IMG/VR virus record: IMGVR_UViG_3300032272_000008
Span: 8,928 to 72,927 of that record
Source of the DNA: a virus
Taxonomy: Duplodnaviria; Caudoviricetes
DNA: 64,000 nucleotides
Direction: 5' to 3' (one strand)
The stretch's first letter is position 1. Each line of letters opens with the position of its first letter. The translations under genes and the position numbers were made by a program. The notes beneath the pieces are model-generated. The model ran no database searches. It was not told where the DNA came from and saw nothing but the letters and a program-made list of their open reading frames with translations. Positions 53,157 to 63,638 of this stretch are shown here, one piece after another.

Positions 53157-56072
53157 GTGGCACTCGAACTCCAAATTGGCACTGCAAAGGCCCAGGCGAA
53201 CCTCGCGGCGATTGAAAAATCCGTGAAGAGTCTGGAAGCACGCATGAAAGGCTTCAAAGGCGGTAACGTCAATGCAGCCATTGCGGGCATCAAGCCGATC
53301 CCTGGCACCGTCGCGGCCTCAGTAGGCAAGGTAGGTGCGGCCACCGACAAAGCGTCAGCTTCTGCTAAAAGAGCCACAGGTTCCTTCAAAGGCCTCAAGG
53401 GCGCTCTCGGCGGAGTTCGTAGCACTGCGGGCTTGCTGGCTGCCTCATTGAGCGCAGTAGGCATCACCAGCTTCGTTAAAGAAGCGTGGCAAATGAACAA
53501 CGTGACGGACAGAGCCAAGGCCGTCTTCACAGATCTATCAGGTAGCGCCAAAGGCGCGGGCTCGCGTCTGGAATTCGTGAAGAAAACAGCCGCCGCTACA
53601 GCCACACCGATCAAGACGGCGATCAACAGTTACACCACGCTCTCGCAGAGTGCCGTTAAAATGGGCATCTCACAGGAAGATGTGGACAAAACATTCACTG
53701 ACGTGGCCATCGCGTTCCGCTCGATCGGCTCAACTTCTGATCAAGCCAAGCGCGGCATGACCGCTGTCACGCAAGTCTTCTCCAAAGGCAAAGCGGGCGC
53801 GGAAGAGTTGCGTCAACAAATGGGTGAAATCGTTCCGATCATCCCAGCCATCGCACGTGCGTTGGACCGGACGCCTGCGCAGATTGAGAAAGCAATGTCA
53901 TCCGGCACGCTGTCCGTTGAAGACTTCCGCAAAGGTATCGGCTTGCTGGCCAAAGAAGCTGGTCCGGTTCTCGAAATTATGATGGGCAAAGCCGCAGCGA
54001 AAGCCACGCTATTGTCCAACGCAGTTACGATCCTTGCGGGTAAGTTCGGTAACGCACTATTTACCGCGCTGATCCCGGTTATGGAAACACTTACTGGCGT
54101 CTTTCAAGGCATGGCAGGTGAGGTAGGTAAAACTGCGACAACCGCTCAACAAGTTGGCCAAGCGCTTGCTGCGGTCGGAGGATATATTGCTTCTGCTATG
54201 CCTCTCATCATTGCCCTTGCTGCGGCCTTTGCTGCTTACGGTGCAACGCTCGCTGTCGCTGGGATAATCAATTGGGGCATCGCCGTTGTGAGCACAGTCA
54301 CACAAGCCGTGGGCGTCATGGGTGGACTTGTCGCTTCAGGCGTTCGAGTAGCTGCTGCCATGGTAGGAATCGGCACAGCATCAACCGGAGCCGCCGCAGG
54401 CACAACTCTCTTGGCTACAGCAACCCGCATACTCGGTGCTGCGTTTGCTTTCGCCAAAGCAGCTTTCCTTCCATTGCTCGCAGCGGTTGCAGCGGCAGGG
54501 GCAATCTATGCTGCCTACATGGTCGTGACCGGGCAGAGTGCAGAACTCTCCAAGCAGTTGGGCGAAGCTATCATCTGGATTGGTGAGCAGCTGGGCTTTA
54601 CACGCGCAGAAGTTGTTGGAGGCATACAAGCTCTCGGTAAATGGGTCAGTGCCGTCTCAAAAAGCAACGCGATTACGCGTACTGCCGGTGCAGTGTATGA
54701 CTACGTCAAGCAGAAACTCGCAGAAGCGCGTGAGATTATTCTTTCAACTGGCGTGGCAATGGGTGAAAAGCTCACGTCTGCATTCAAAATAGCAGCTTCC
54801 GTTGTCCGTGGCGTGTCAGACACCATCGTAGGCGCAGTGTCAGGCATAATTTCAGTTGTAAATAGGGCGATCAGCGCGTTGCGAAGTCTTGCGGGCATGC
54901 AAACCGGTGGTGGTGGTGGAAGCGGTAGCGGTCCAGGCGCAGCACAAGGTGGTATCATCGGAGCCAACGGGGGCTTCAGTGGTCCTCAAGTCAGTCTCGC
55001 AGGTCACAACTTCAAAGGCGCACCACGCTTCGCGAACGGCGGCACAACCGGATCAACCGGCGTCGGTGGCATCCCTGCGATACTTCACCCGAATGAAGCG
55101 GTCATCCCTCTACAGAACGGCAGCGTCCCTGTATCACTTTCTGGCGGAGACGCTGTGGCATCTGGTGGGACAACCGTGAACAACAACGTCACGACCGCAG
55201 CCGGTGGCGGATCTGGCAGCGGTGCTCGCGACATGGGTCGTGCGCTTCGGACAACTAACCAACTGATGAGCCGCATGGTTGATCGGATGCAGACGCTTAT
55301 CAACTTGTCATCGGACCAGTTCCGCATGATCAATCTGCGCCTCACCAACATCGAAGACGTCGTCCGTCAAATCAACACGTCAACGCAGTTTATCGCTGCA
55401 ATTGACTGGGACGCATTGACGGCTCCACCAGTGTCGGTATCTTCTGGAAGTTTCGGAAGCAGTTCGTTTTCTTCATCCTCTGGATCTTCTGGTTCGGGTT
55501 CTGATGCGAACATGCAGAATCAGTTCATCGCGGGAGCCATCAACAAGTCTGGTATTGGTTCAGCTCCACCTATTCAGTACCGCATGACCCTTCCAATTGG
55601 TCCAGCTGGTGGTGGTGCGGGTGCAGTTGGTCTCAAAGTGAATCCGAACTATGCCAAAGAAAAAGCCCAGTACGATCAAGATTTTGCTGAATATCAAGAC
55701 TGGGTTGCGCGGACTGGTGCAGGTACACGCGGGTTCGCGGGTGGTACGCCAAACACATCACGTGAAGGACTTACTCCGGCTGATGGCGGCGGGATGCTCG
55801 CGCGTGTCCACAATAACGAAGCAATCATTCCGCTTCCCGATGGACGAAGTGTACCTGTTGTCATGAAGAACGTTGCCGACATGGGAGGCAGCAGCGGAAA
55901 TAGTACGACACAAGTTGTTGTGCACATGACAGTCAACGCGAAAGATGCTACAAGCTTCAAGCGCAATGAAAACCAGATGATCCAAGACATGACGGTGAAG
56001 ATGGAACGCGCTGCGAAGACGATTGGTGTACCGCAGTCGCCTGACTTGACTGCGAAGAAAGCAAGGGGGTAA
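53157..56072 (+). CDS. Tape measure protein
   Basis: Ala/Gly-rich; tape-measure domain (QVFSKGKAGAEELRQQMGE); hydrophobic middle; two FAxGG...HxNEAxIPL motifs. Confidence 0.93.
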   Translation: MALELQIGTAKAQANLAAIEKSVKSLEARMKGFKGGNVNAAIAGIKPIPGTVAASVGKVGAATDKASASAKRATGSFKGLKGALGGVRSTAGLLAASLSAVGITSFVKEAWQMNNVTDRAKAVFTDLSGSAKGAGSRLEFVKKTAAATATPIKTAINSYTTLSQSAVKMGISQEDVDKTFTDVAIAFRSIGSTSDQAKRGMTAVTQVFSKGKAGAEELRQQMGEIVPIIPAIARALDRTPAQIEKAMSSGTLSVEDFRKGIGLLAKEAGPVLEIMMGKAAAKATLLSNAVTILAGKFGNALFTALIPVMETLTGVFQGMAGEVGKTATTAQQVGQALAAVGGYIASAMPLIIALAAAFAAYGATLAVAGIINWGIAVVSTVTQAVGVMGGLVASGVRVAAAMVGIGTASTGAAAGTTLLATATRILGAAFAFAKAAFLPLLAAVAAAGAIYAAYMVVTGQSAELSKQLGEAIIWIGEQLGFTRAEVVGGIQALGKWVSAVSKSNAITRTAGAVYDYVKQKLAEAREIILSTGVAMGEKLTSAFKIAASVVRGVSDTIVGAVSGIISVVNRAISALRSLAGMQTGGGGGSGSGPGAAQGGIIGANGGFSGPQVSLAGHNFKGAPRFANGGTTGSTGVGGIPAILHPNEAVIPLQNGSVPVSLSGGDAVASGGTTVNNNVTTAAGGGSGSGARDMGRALRTTNQLMSRMVDRMQTLINLSSDQFRMINLRLTNIEDVVRQINTSTQFIAAIDWDALTAPPVSVSSGSFGSSSFSSSSGSSGSGSDANMQNQFIAGAINKSGIGSAPPIQYRMTLPIGPAGGGAGAVGLKVNPNYAKEKAQYDQDFAEYQDWVARTGAGTRGFAGGTPNTSREGLTPADGGGMLARVHNNEAIIPLPDGRSVPVVMKNVADMGGSSGNSTTQVVVHMTVNAKDATSFKRNENQMIQDMTVKMERAAKTIGVPQSPDLTAKKARG

Positions 56073-56075
56073 CAG

Positions 56076-59000
56076 ATGGCGTCTGGTTTCGCATCTGACA
56101 TTGGCTACATTCCAGGAGGATATCCAACCTCCTACGGATACACGAACTGTTCACCGGCTCCGCCTGTGCAGAAGTCTACGCCTGCCCAAATTACACCAGC
56201 CCAGCAAGCTGAAGCCAAGCCTTACGATCCGCTCACAGTCGGCGGAACGTCGGAGCTTTCTTTTGGCGGCTCAACTTATGGTGGGCCAATCCCGCTCGTG
56301 TTCGGCGCAGACAAGATCCAAGGCAACGTCATCTGGTCGAGCACCATCCGAACAGATTCGGTCGTGATCAATGACACGCTGACGTTCTACCGCTCGCTCG
56401 ACTTCTGTCTGGCACTAGCTGAAGGACCGATCAACGAAGTCTTGCGGATCTGGCTGGGCGACAGGCTTATCTATGACGTCACAATGGACGTGGACGGCAG
56501 CAACATACCTGTTGCATCAAACGGATACGTCAACAGCCAGACTATCGACGTGACTGATCCTGACAGTCCGCTGAACGGCCTGGAAGCAATTGCAGAACGC
56601 ACATCTATCAGCATCTTCAAAGGTGGTGAGGACCAGATTCCGTATGGCATCATGGCGGCATCTGAAGGCTTCATCAATACACCGGCCTACCGAGGCACCG
56701 CCTACATCATGTTCGAGAACTTCATCGTAAGTTCTTCGACAGTTCCGGTTATCCAAGTCGAGATTGCGGCAAACTCTTCGACGACATTGCCACGCACAAC
56801 CACGACATCTGGCGGAACCGTTCTCACGACAGGTGATGATCGTTTCCTTGCTGTTGATGTCTTTGGCCGCAACATCTACTACAACGGTTCCGGCGCGGCT
56901 AGTGCACGAGGTTCGTTGTCGGTCGATTCAGGTACGCTTGATTTCCAGACTGAGTTCGAAATCCAACTAGCTACATGGACGCCACGCGGTGTTACCTGGA
57001 ATGAAGGTGCGACACTACTGACGCCGAACGGCTACATCATCACACACGCGAACGTAGGCAACCCTGGTCATGTCGCGATACACAGCGTCTTCACTGGCGC
57101 GACAGTTGGCTACATCGGTTCAAACGGTGGCTTCGATATCAACGAAAACGGCTGGCCAGGGGTTATTGATGATGGATGCACTTGGCGCATGCCTGATGAA
57201 TTCGGCATCCCTAGTGATTTCTGGGCATATACTGGACATTGGAGTAACGACATCGGGATCGCTTCCGTTTCTGATGATGGCTTCCCGCGCATGGGACCGT
57301 TCGCTGCAACCATGCCAAAGCGCATAAACTTCATCACGCATGTGGAGTTTACAGAACCAATGTACCAGCGGCATCAACTGTTTGCCGACGGCGCAGAAGC
57401 ACGCGGGCATTTCCTTTTTTATGCGTCGAGTGGCACCACGGAAGTGGACTCGATCACTATAGGGCGCATCAAACTATCCCATAACAATCTTGGAACGTGG
57501 GACACTCTCGTGCCTCTTGACATGGGTTCAATTCCTACAGAAGAATTGAGCGGAGCTAATCGAGAACACACCGTATTCGACATAATGGTTGACCATGGTG
57601 ACAAGACCCTTTTGATTATGATCCGTGCCGCTCCTTTTGACTGGATGGTGAAATACAATCCACGCACGAATCAGATCGTCTGGAAAACGCAAATCGAAGC
57701 GTACTCTTCTGGCAACTATGGGATGGCAGAGAGAGCGCGTCTTACTGGCAAGCGCTACGCGTACATTACACCGGATGACGCCGTACACTCTATCGATCTT
57801 GCATCAGGAGCTGTGGAAACGGTTGTGAATGATATCGTTCCTGACCAAGGGTTGGGAACTAACTCAGGTGGTGGTCACCAGTTCTACGATGACATCGAAG
57901 ACTCGATCGTCTACTTCGGTCCAACAGACGCAGACCTTAATAAGGTTTGGGTTGGCCGAAACGGTCAAGTATCTTCGTCGCTTCAAACAGTGGTGAAGAC
58001 TTTGCTCGATCGTGTCGGTGTGAACCGGGCGGACATCAACATCGCTGCGTTCAGCAACTTGACTATCCGTGGGTACACCGCAGGATCGGTCTCGTCGATT
58101 AGTAGCAGCTTCAGCGAATTGCGCAAAGCATTCACGTACGAAGTCATCGAGTCTAACGGCAAATTTCAATACGTCTCACGTGGCGGTGCGTCAGCTGACA
58201 CGATTGAGAACGAGTATCTCGCTGACAGCGACGGGACCGGTGCATTCCTGCATGTCTCTCACGAAAGTGACATCGCTTCACTGCGTAAGATCAACTTGTC
58301 GTACCGTGATTTCAATCGCGAGTATTCCACGAACGTTCAATCTGTGTTCCATCCGAAGACAACCTCTCTCGGGTTTGACTCTGATGCTGCAATCGATGTG
58401 ACTGTTCCGATCGTTCTCAATTCAACTGAGAGCAAGTACATCGCAGACAAGCTTCTGTATGCGAAGCGCGTTGGTGAAGAGATCTTCACATTCACCGCAC
58501 CATTCCGTTATGCCGCGCTCGATCCAGGTGATGTCGTCACCGTCGAAGTCAACGCTGATGGCACGGACACCGTACTCTTGCGCCTGATCAACGTACGTGT
58601 TGGAGCAGACTATCGTATCGCATTCGAGGCGGTGTTGGAAGACATCGACATCTACAATGACGACCCTGCGCTGACGGGTTCCACTGGCCGGTTCAACGAC
58701 AAGGTCTTCTTGCCGCCTGGACCATTCTTGCGTCCTGTCATTTTGCAGATCAGTGCGACACACCCTGATGACTACACTGAACTTGAGCCGCATCTGGCTC
58801 CTGTCTACTACACGTTCTTGAACGTCAATGGAGACACGACGTCACCTGCAAGCTATCCTGTCACGTTGTCGAACTTCGCTGATCCACCTGTTGCGGCCCC
58901 GTCTCCATTCGCTTATCCGACGTGGGGACAGTTGTTGGAAACACCACCTTACTACTCGGCAACGTCTACACCACAAGCTGACGGCGTTTTCACGGTCAAG

Positions 59001-59765
59001 ATCGGGAATGAATCTGCTACGCATCCTTTGGCAAGCGTGTCGGCGCTCTCTGATTTGTACGATGACACCGACGGTGCGAAAAACTTGGCCATTCTCGGAG
59101 GTGAGATGTTCCAGTTTGCCACTGCGACTGATCTGGGAGACAACGTCTGGGAACTGTCTGGCCTAGTCAGAGGACGCTATGGTTCTGAAAACAGAGCGAA
59201 CTCACACTTGATCGGAGAAACCTTTGTCCTGCTGCGTGACAACGCAGGTGCGTACGACAACTTCTCGATCGGGAAAAAGGATTTCTACATCGCGAACAAC
59301 AGCGGCGCGCAGTCCTTCCAGATCTCTATAGACACCGGAAATCCTGGTCAACTTGATGCCGTCCTTCCTGTCATCTTGTGGCCTGTAGTTCCATACAATG
59401 TCGGTGCACTTGCCGTCACATACAGCGCGGGAGACTATACCGTCACGTGGGAAAATCGTAGTCGCTTTGACAACGATCTCAATGACGACGAAGCAGAATC
59501 TGAGACTATCGTACAGGACCAGATGGTTGAGCAGTATTACTGCATTGTTGCTGACACTGACAGAATCAATACGGACAATACGACAACCTTCCTTCGAAAA
59601 ACGCTCGTTGGGGATACACGAACATTCACGTATACTGCCGCAGAGCAGACAGAAGACGGGTTTGACTCCGCTACTGATACCCTATATGTCTGGGCGTATC
59701 AGATTGGGGATGAAACTGGCGAATCTGCTCGTGATCCGATCTCTATCAATATAGGGCCGCAATAA
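56076..59765 (+). CDS. Tail tip/host-specificity protein (GTA g15-like)
   Basis: IPLVFGADKIQGNVIWS, PAYRGTAYIMFENF, LDPGDVVTV, LGGEMFQF...W.LSGLVRGRYG. Confidence 0.88.
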   Translation: MASGFASDIGYIPGGYPTSYGYTNCSPAPPVQKSTPAQITPAQQAEAKPYDPLTVGGTSELSFGGSTYGGPIPLVFGADKIQGNVIWSSTIRTDSVVINDTLTFYRSLDFCLALAEGPINEVLRIWLGDRLIYDVTMDVDGSNIPVASNGYVNSQTIDVTDPDSPLNGLEAIAERTSISIFKGGEDQIPYGIMAASEGFINTPAYRGTAYIMFENFIVSSSTVPVIQVEIAANSSTTLPRTTTTSGGTVLTTGDDRFLAVDVFGRNIYYNGSGAASARGSLSVDSGTLDFQTEFEIQLATWTPRGVTWNEGATLLTPNGYIITHANVGNPGHVAIHSVFTGATVGYIGSNGGFDINENGWPGVIDDGCTWRMPDEFGIPSDFWAYTGHWSNDIGIASVSDDGFPRMGPFAATMPKRINFITHVEFTEPMYQRHQLFADGAEARGHFLFYASSGTTEVDSITIGRIKLSHNNLGTWDTLVPLDMGSIPTEELSGANREHTVFDIMVDHGDKTLLIMIRAAPFDWMVKYNPRTNQIVWKTQIEAYSSGNYGMAERARLTGKRYAYITPDDAVHSIDLASGAVETVVNDIVPDQGLGTNSGGGHQFYDDIEDSIVYFGPTDADLNKVWVGRNGQVSSSLQTVVKTLLDRVGVNRADINIAAFSNLTIRGYTAGSVSSISSSFSELRKAFTYEVIESNGKFQYVSRGGASADTIENEYLADSDGTGAFLHVSHESDIASLRKINLSYRDFNREYSTNVQSVFHPKTTSLGFDSDAAIDVTVPIVLNSTESKYIADKLLYAKRVGEEIFTFTAPFRYAALDPGDVVTVEVNADGTDTVLLRLINVRVGADYRIAFEAVLEDIDIYNDDPALTGSTGRFNDKVFLPPGPFLRPVILQISATHPDDYTELEPHLAPVYYTFLNVNGDTTSPASYPVTLSNFADPPVAAPSPFAYPTWGQLLETPPYYSATSTPQADGVFTVKIGNESATHPLASVSALSDLYDDTDGAKNLAILGGEMFQFATATDLGDNVWELSGLVRGRYGSENRANSHLIGETFVLLRDNAGAYDNFSIGKKDFYIANNSGAQSFQISIDTGNPGQLDAVLPVILWPVVPYNVGALAVTYSAGDYTVTWENRSRFDNDLNDDEAESETIVQDQMVEQYYCIVADTDRINTDNTTTFLRKTLVGDTRTFTYTAAEQTEDGFDSATDTLYVWAYQIGDETGESARDPISINIGPQ

Positions 59766-60526
59766 TGGTAACTCCAAATCTCGACATCACAGAAGTCCTT
59801 GAGAATCAGACAAACAAATATCTGACGATCAATGCTGCAATCGCGCGTCTTGAAGGCGCAGGACAAGGCGTCCACGTCGATTCAGCGGCTGGAACCGCCA
59901 TCGTTCTGACGGCTGTGGAGTTCTACGAAAACGTCCTGCATCGCGTCTCAGGTGGATCAGCCGATTTCACGTTGACGACTTTGGGAGAGACGCCGACTGG
60001 CGCGGTCGCCACTGAGCGCTTCTTCATCGTGCAGAACTCTGATACCACATACGACTGTACTGTGCAGTCAGACGGTGCTGGAACAGATGTTGTTGTACCG
60101 CAGGGCGAGATTGTATTCTTGTACCAGACTGGCGACGACATCATCGACGTGTCGCCCACTGTTACAATTCCAGCAGCACCCACCATTCCCTATGACATGG
60201 CGTTCTATTTCAGTGGGACAGTTGATGCGGTCGATCAAGTCATTGCGCACATCGAAGTGGCGCGTACGATCACGATCCCTGATGATTTTTCCGGATCGCA
60301 AGCGTATATCGGGACGAATCCTGCTGCCACCTTCGTGTTTGATATCGCAAAGAACGGTACGGCAGTGGGTACATTATCCATCTCAACGGGTGGTGTTCCG
60401 ACCTTCGCTACAACAGGTACGACTGTTACAATGGTAGCAGGAGATCGTTTGACTATTTCAGGCCCTGACCCTGTTGAAGCAACTGGTGCGGATATCGGAA
60501 TCACCCTCGCCGCAACGGTGGATTAA
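59765..60526 (+). CDS. Tail fibre/adaptor with DUF2793-like N-terminus
   Basis: TPNLDITEVLENQTNKYLTINAAIARLE. Confidence 0.75.
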   Translation: MVTPNLDITEVLENQTNKYLTINAAIARLEGAGQGVHVDSAAGTAIVLTAVEFYENVLHRVSGGSADFTLTTLGETPTGAVATERFFIVQNSDTTYDCTVQSDGAGTDVVVPQGEIVFLYQTGDDIIDVSPTVTIPAAPTIPYDMAFYFSGTVDAVDQVIAHIEVARTITIPDDFSGSQAYIGTNPAATFVFDIAKNGTAVGTLSISTGGVPTFATTGTTVTMVAGDRLTISGPDPVEATGADIGITLAATVD

Positions 60527-60530
60527 TCCT

Positions 60531-62879
60531 ATGCCTTTGATAAACGTACTTGCTATGAGTCAAGTCGGCGGTGTTGGCGGACCTGCGGCTTTTGACCCTG
60601 TCGATCTGTTCTCCAGCGGAGAATCTGGTGTATACTTTGACGCCACCGACAAGACTTCTATTTTCAGCGCAGTTTTGGACAACAGCGGAAACTTCGATCC
60701 TGCTGTTGGCGGATCTGCGGGTGGAATTCTTGACAAATCCCAGATGGGTGCAGGTCAGACCGCTGCGGACTACATCTCAAACCAATCCAATCTTTTGTCT
60801 GATGGGGGCTTCGACGCGCCTGGATCATGGACGACCACTGCGGGCGTATCAGTCACAGGCAGCGCAGCTGTGTTCGATGGAACAACTGCAAGCGCAACGA
60901 TCGAACAATCCGCTGTAACGTCTGCGAATAGTTGGTACTACGTAAAGGTAACGGTAGCGAACTATGTTGCAGGTGAGTTGCGTGTTGACGTCGGTTTAGC
61001 AAGTGATTTGACTGCCTTCGGCTGCGACAGTGACGGGGTACATGAATTTCTTACTTACGCGAATGTCGCGTCAGGTGATGGTGATTGTAATCTCGAATCG
61101 TCGGTCACACCGTTCGAAGGAGATGTGACCGGATTTGAAATTAAAATTCTCGAAGGAAGCCACGCTTTCGGTGAAGGGGCGTCCAATGCCATCACTGTCG
61201 AGCAGGACACCAACGGGAAAACCTATCTTGCGTTTGACAGCAATTCAGATTTCACACAGCGCACGGATGGCATCACATGGGCGGATGACATGGTGGCCAC
61301 GTGGGCGTTTGCTCCTATAGGATCGACGTTCACGCAGTATTCTTCATCACTGTCATACACCGCATCAACCAACTGGTCTTTTGGTAACCCTGGTGGGTCA
61401 ACGTATACACCGCGCATGCATACAAGCGGTGTAACCACAGCGTGGACGCACACTACTATTCAGACAGCCCTAAGCTTGTGGGAAGTTGTTTTCGATGATG
61501 TTGCGAACACTTTTGATGTGCATCTGGATGGCATAGAAGTGGCGACAAGCCAGACGCTCGGAGGCGGTTCTGGACTTGATGCTACAGGTGAATTGAAGTT
61601 GGGCGTATCTCAATCTGGTGGTGCGAATGAACTTCCTTGCGCGTGGTACGGTGCAGTCATATACGAAGGGACTGCGCCCGATACAGACTTGCGCGCGTGG
61701 GCGGATACTGCATGGGGAACGAGTGTTTCCTTTGAGCTTGGTGGCACAACCTTATTCCCTCTGACAGAGACAGGACATGTGTACGATATACAAGATCTTA
61801 CAAGTTTGTTCACTGGACTTGATCAAGGTGCTGGAAGCTTCTCACCATCCACGACCACAGACGTTGCTAAGATTGCAGACAAAGCGGGCATCACAGGAAC
61901 CTACGCTGACTACTTGACAGGTCTCACTGATGCACTGACGGATGGTGACATCACGTCGGACAGCTGGACTACGTCTTCAGGCATCGCCTACAATTCAGGA
62001 GCGTATGACTTCGACGGAACCAACGTGTCTGCATTACTCTCCCAGGCGAGCGTATTGACGGATGAGGCTTACTATGTCGTGACTGTTACGGTGTCTGCCT
62101 ACACGTCGGGATCAGCGCGTATTCAGCTCGGCGGTGACGCAAACGCAAACTCCGATTATGACATTGATTCCGCCACTACATTCACGTTCTTCTACAAAGC
62201 ACAGGATGGTGGGAGCAACACGTTCGCTATCGAGTCAAATTCAGGTGACACATTCATCGGAAGCATCGGTTCCGTTTCCGTCAAGGAAGTGTCTGGCGTC
62301 TACATGGGATCGACGACTGTTGGTACGTCGCCGACATTGTTGCAGCATGCAAACGATGGCTATTATCTTGAATTTGATGGCGGTGATTGGATGCGTCAAC
62401 CCGATGACGTTCCACTCGGTGACGACATGATTGTTTCGTGCGCAGTAAACGCCGACGATGATGCTCAATGGACCGCTATCTGGTCTCTTGACACGACAAC
62501 GGATATCCTTCTTGGCAATCAAGCCAGTGGCGGAACGTCTTTTGTCCCTGGTCTCCGCAACGCAACGGATACTGAATACACTGACGCAGGTGGTGATGAC
62601 AACGGGATCAATGTCTGGGATGTCTACATTGACGAAACAAGCAATGAGTTCAGCATCGAAAAGAACGGCACAGAAGTTCTGGCCGCAACAACGCCTACGA
62701 CAACTGTAGCACTTCACGCTACAGCAAACAGGCTTCGAATCGGGACTGATCCGTCTGAGACAAATCACTTGAGCATGGACTTTTATGGTCTGGTAATGTA
62801 CGAAGGAACTGAGATCAACGTCTTGGCTCGGCGCGAGTTGGCTGACGCGGCCAAGACCCAAATGGATGAGTACAATTAA
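60531..62879 (+). CDS. Receptor-binding/lectin-like tail protein with internal duplication
   Basis: Two similar ~385-aa halves with ConA/LamG-like and CBM-like patterns. Confidence 0.7.
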   Translation: MPLINVLAMSQVGGVGGPAAFDPVDLFSSGESGVYFDATDKTSIFSAVLDNSGNFDPAVGGSAGGILDKSQMGAGQTAADYISNQSNLLSDGGFDAPGSWTTTAGVSVTGSAAVFDGTTASATIEQSAVTSANSWYYVKVTVANYVAGELRVDVGLASDLTAFGCDSDGVHEFLTYANVASGDGDCNLESSVTPFEGDVTGFEIKILEGSHAFGEGASNAITVEQDTNGKTYLAFDSNSDFTQRTDGITWADDMVATWAFAPIGSTFTQYSSSLSYTASTNWSFGNPGGSTYTPRMHTSGVTTAWTHTTIQTALSLWEVVFDDVANTFDVHLDGIEVATSQTLGGGSGLDATGELKLGVSQSGGANELPCAWYGAVIYEGTAPDTDLRAWADTAWGTSVSFELGGTTLFPLTETGHVYDIQDLTSLFTGLDQGAGSFSPSTTTDVAKIADKAGITGTYADYLTGLTDALTDGDITSDSWTTSSGIAYNSGAYDFDGTNVSALLSQASVLTDEAYYVVTVTVSAYTSGSARIQLGGDANANSDYDIDSATTFTFFYKAQDGGSNTFAIESNSGDTFIGSIGSVSVKEVSGVYMGSTTVGTSPTLLQHANDGYYLEFDGGDWMRQPDDVPLGDDMIVSCAVNADDDAQWTAIWSLDTTTDILLGNQASGGTSFVPGLRNATDTEYTDAGGDDNGINVWDVYIDETSNEFSIEKNGTEVLAATTPTTTVALHATANRLRIGTDPSETNHLSMDFYGLVMYEGTEINVLARRELADAAKTQMDEYN

Positions 62880-63503
62880 ATGAGCATTGCAACATTCATC
62901 GAGACGCCACGGTTCCCGGAAGACGTCTCCTACGGGTCTGGTGGCGGTCCTGAGTTCAAGACCCACGTGTTCGAGGGCCATAGCGGCGTAGAGCAACGAC
63001 AAGCCGCGTGGACCGTCTCACGAGCGCGCTACGACGTGTCTTATGGCATCCGTGATACCAGTGATATGGATACCGTGCGCGCGTTCTTCTACAACTGCGC
63101 GGGTAAGGCTTCAGGGTTCCGGTTCAAAGACTGGGCCGATTATACGCTGACGGCAGAGAACATCGGCACTGGTGACAGTATTTTGACTGCTTTCCAGATC
63201 ACGAAGACCTATACGACTGGTTCAGAGACGTACGTGCGCAATATCACCAAGCCAATCTCAGGAATCGAAGTCTACGTGAATGCCGTGTTGCAGACAGAAG
63301 GCGGCGGCAACGACTATACGATCGACACGACGACTGGCATCATCACGTTCAATGCAGCACCCGGCGCATTCGCCATCACTGTCACTGGTGAGTTCGACGT
63401 TCCTGTCCGCTTTGATACAGACGTTTTGATGGCGAAGCATGAAGGATTCGACACGGAAGCTTGGAATTCTATTCCGCTCGTCGAGCTGCTTCTCACAACT
63501 TAA
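62880..63503 (+). CDS. Distal tail protein (DUF2460, GTA g12-like)
   Basis: RFPEDVSYGSGGGPEFKT...SGVEQR...GFRFKDWADY...GEFDVPVRFDTD. Confidence 0.92.
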   Translation: MSIATFIETPRFPEDVSYGSGGGPEFKTHVFEGHSGVEQRQAAWTVSRARYDVSYGIRDTSDMDTVRAFFYNCAGKASGFRFKDWADYTLTAENIGTGDSILTAFQITKTYTTGSETYVRNITKPISGIEVYVNAVLQTEGGGNDYTIDTTTGIITFNAAPGAFAITVTGEFDVPVRFDTDVLMAKHEGFDTEAWNSIPLVELLLTT

Positions 63504-63638
63504 TCTTGATATCACGAAATGTGATGTCAAGAGCAATGTTTCCTTGACCACCGATTGCCCCTCGCGCTAGAACAGAAGGTTCATGCCGCGAGCCTTCGCG
63601 TGCTTTAAAACAATCACATATAAAAATAGGATGCCCCG

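Noticed and set aside
63600-63635. Possible NrdR box upstream of nrdJ
   Set aside because: AT-rich sequence does not fit the palindromic consensus well enough.
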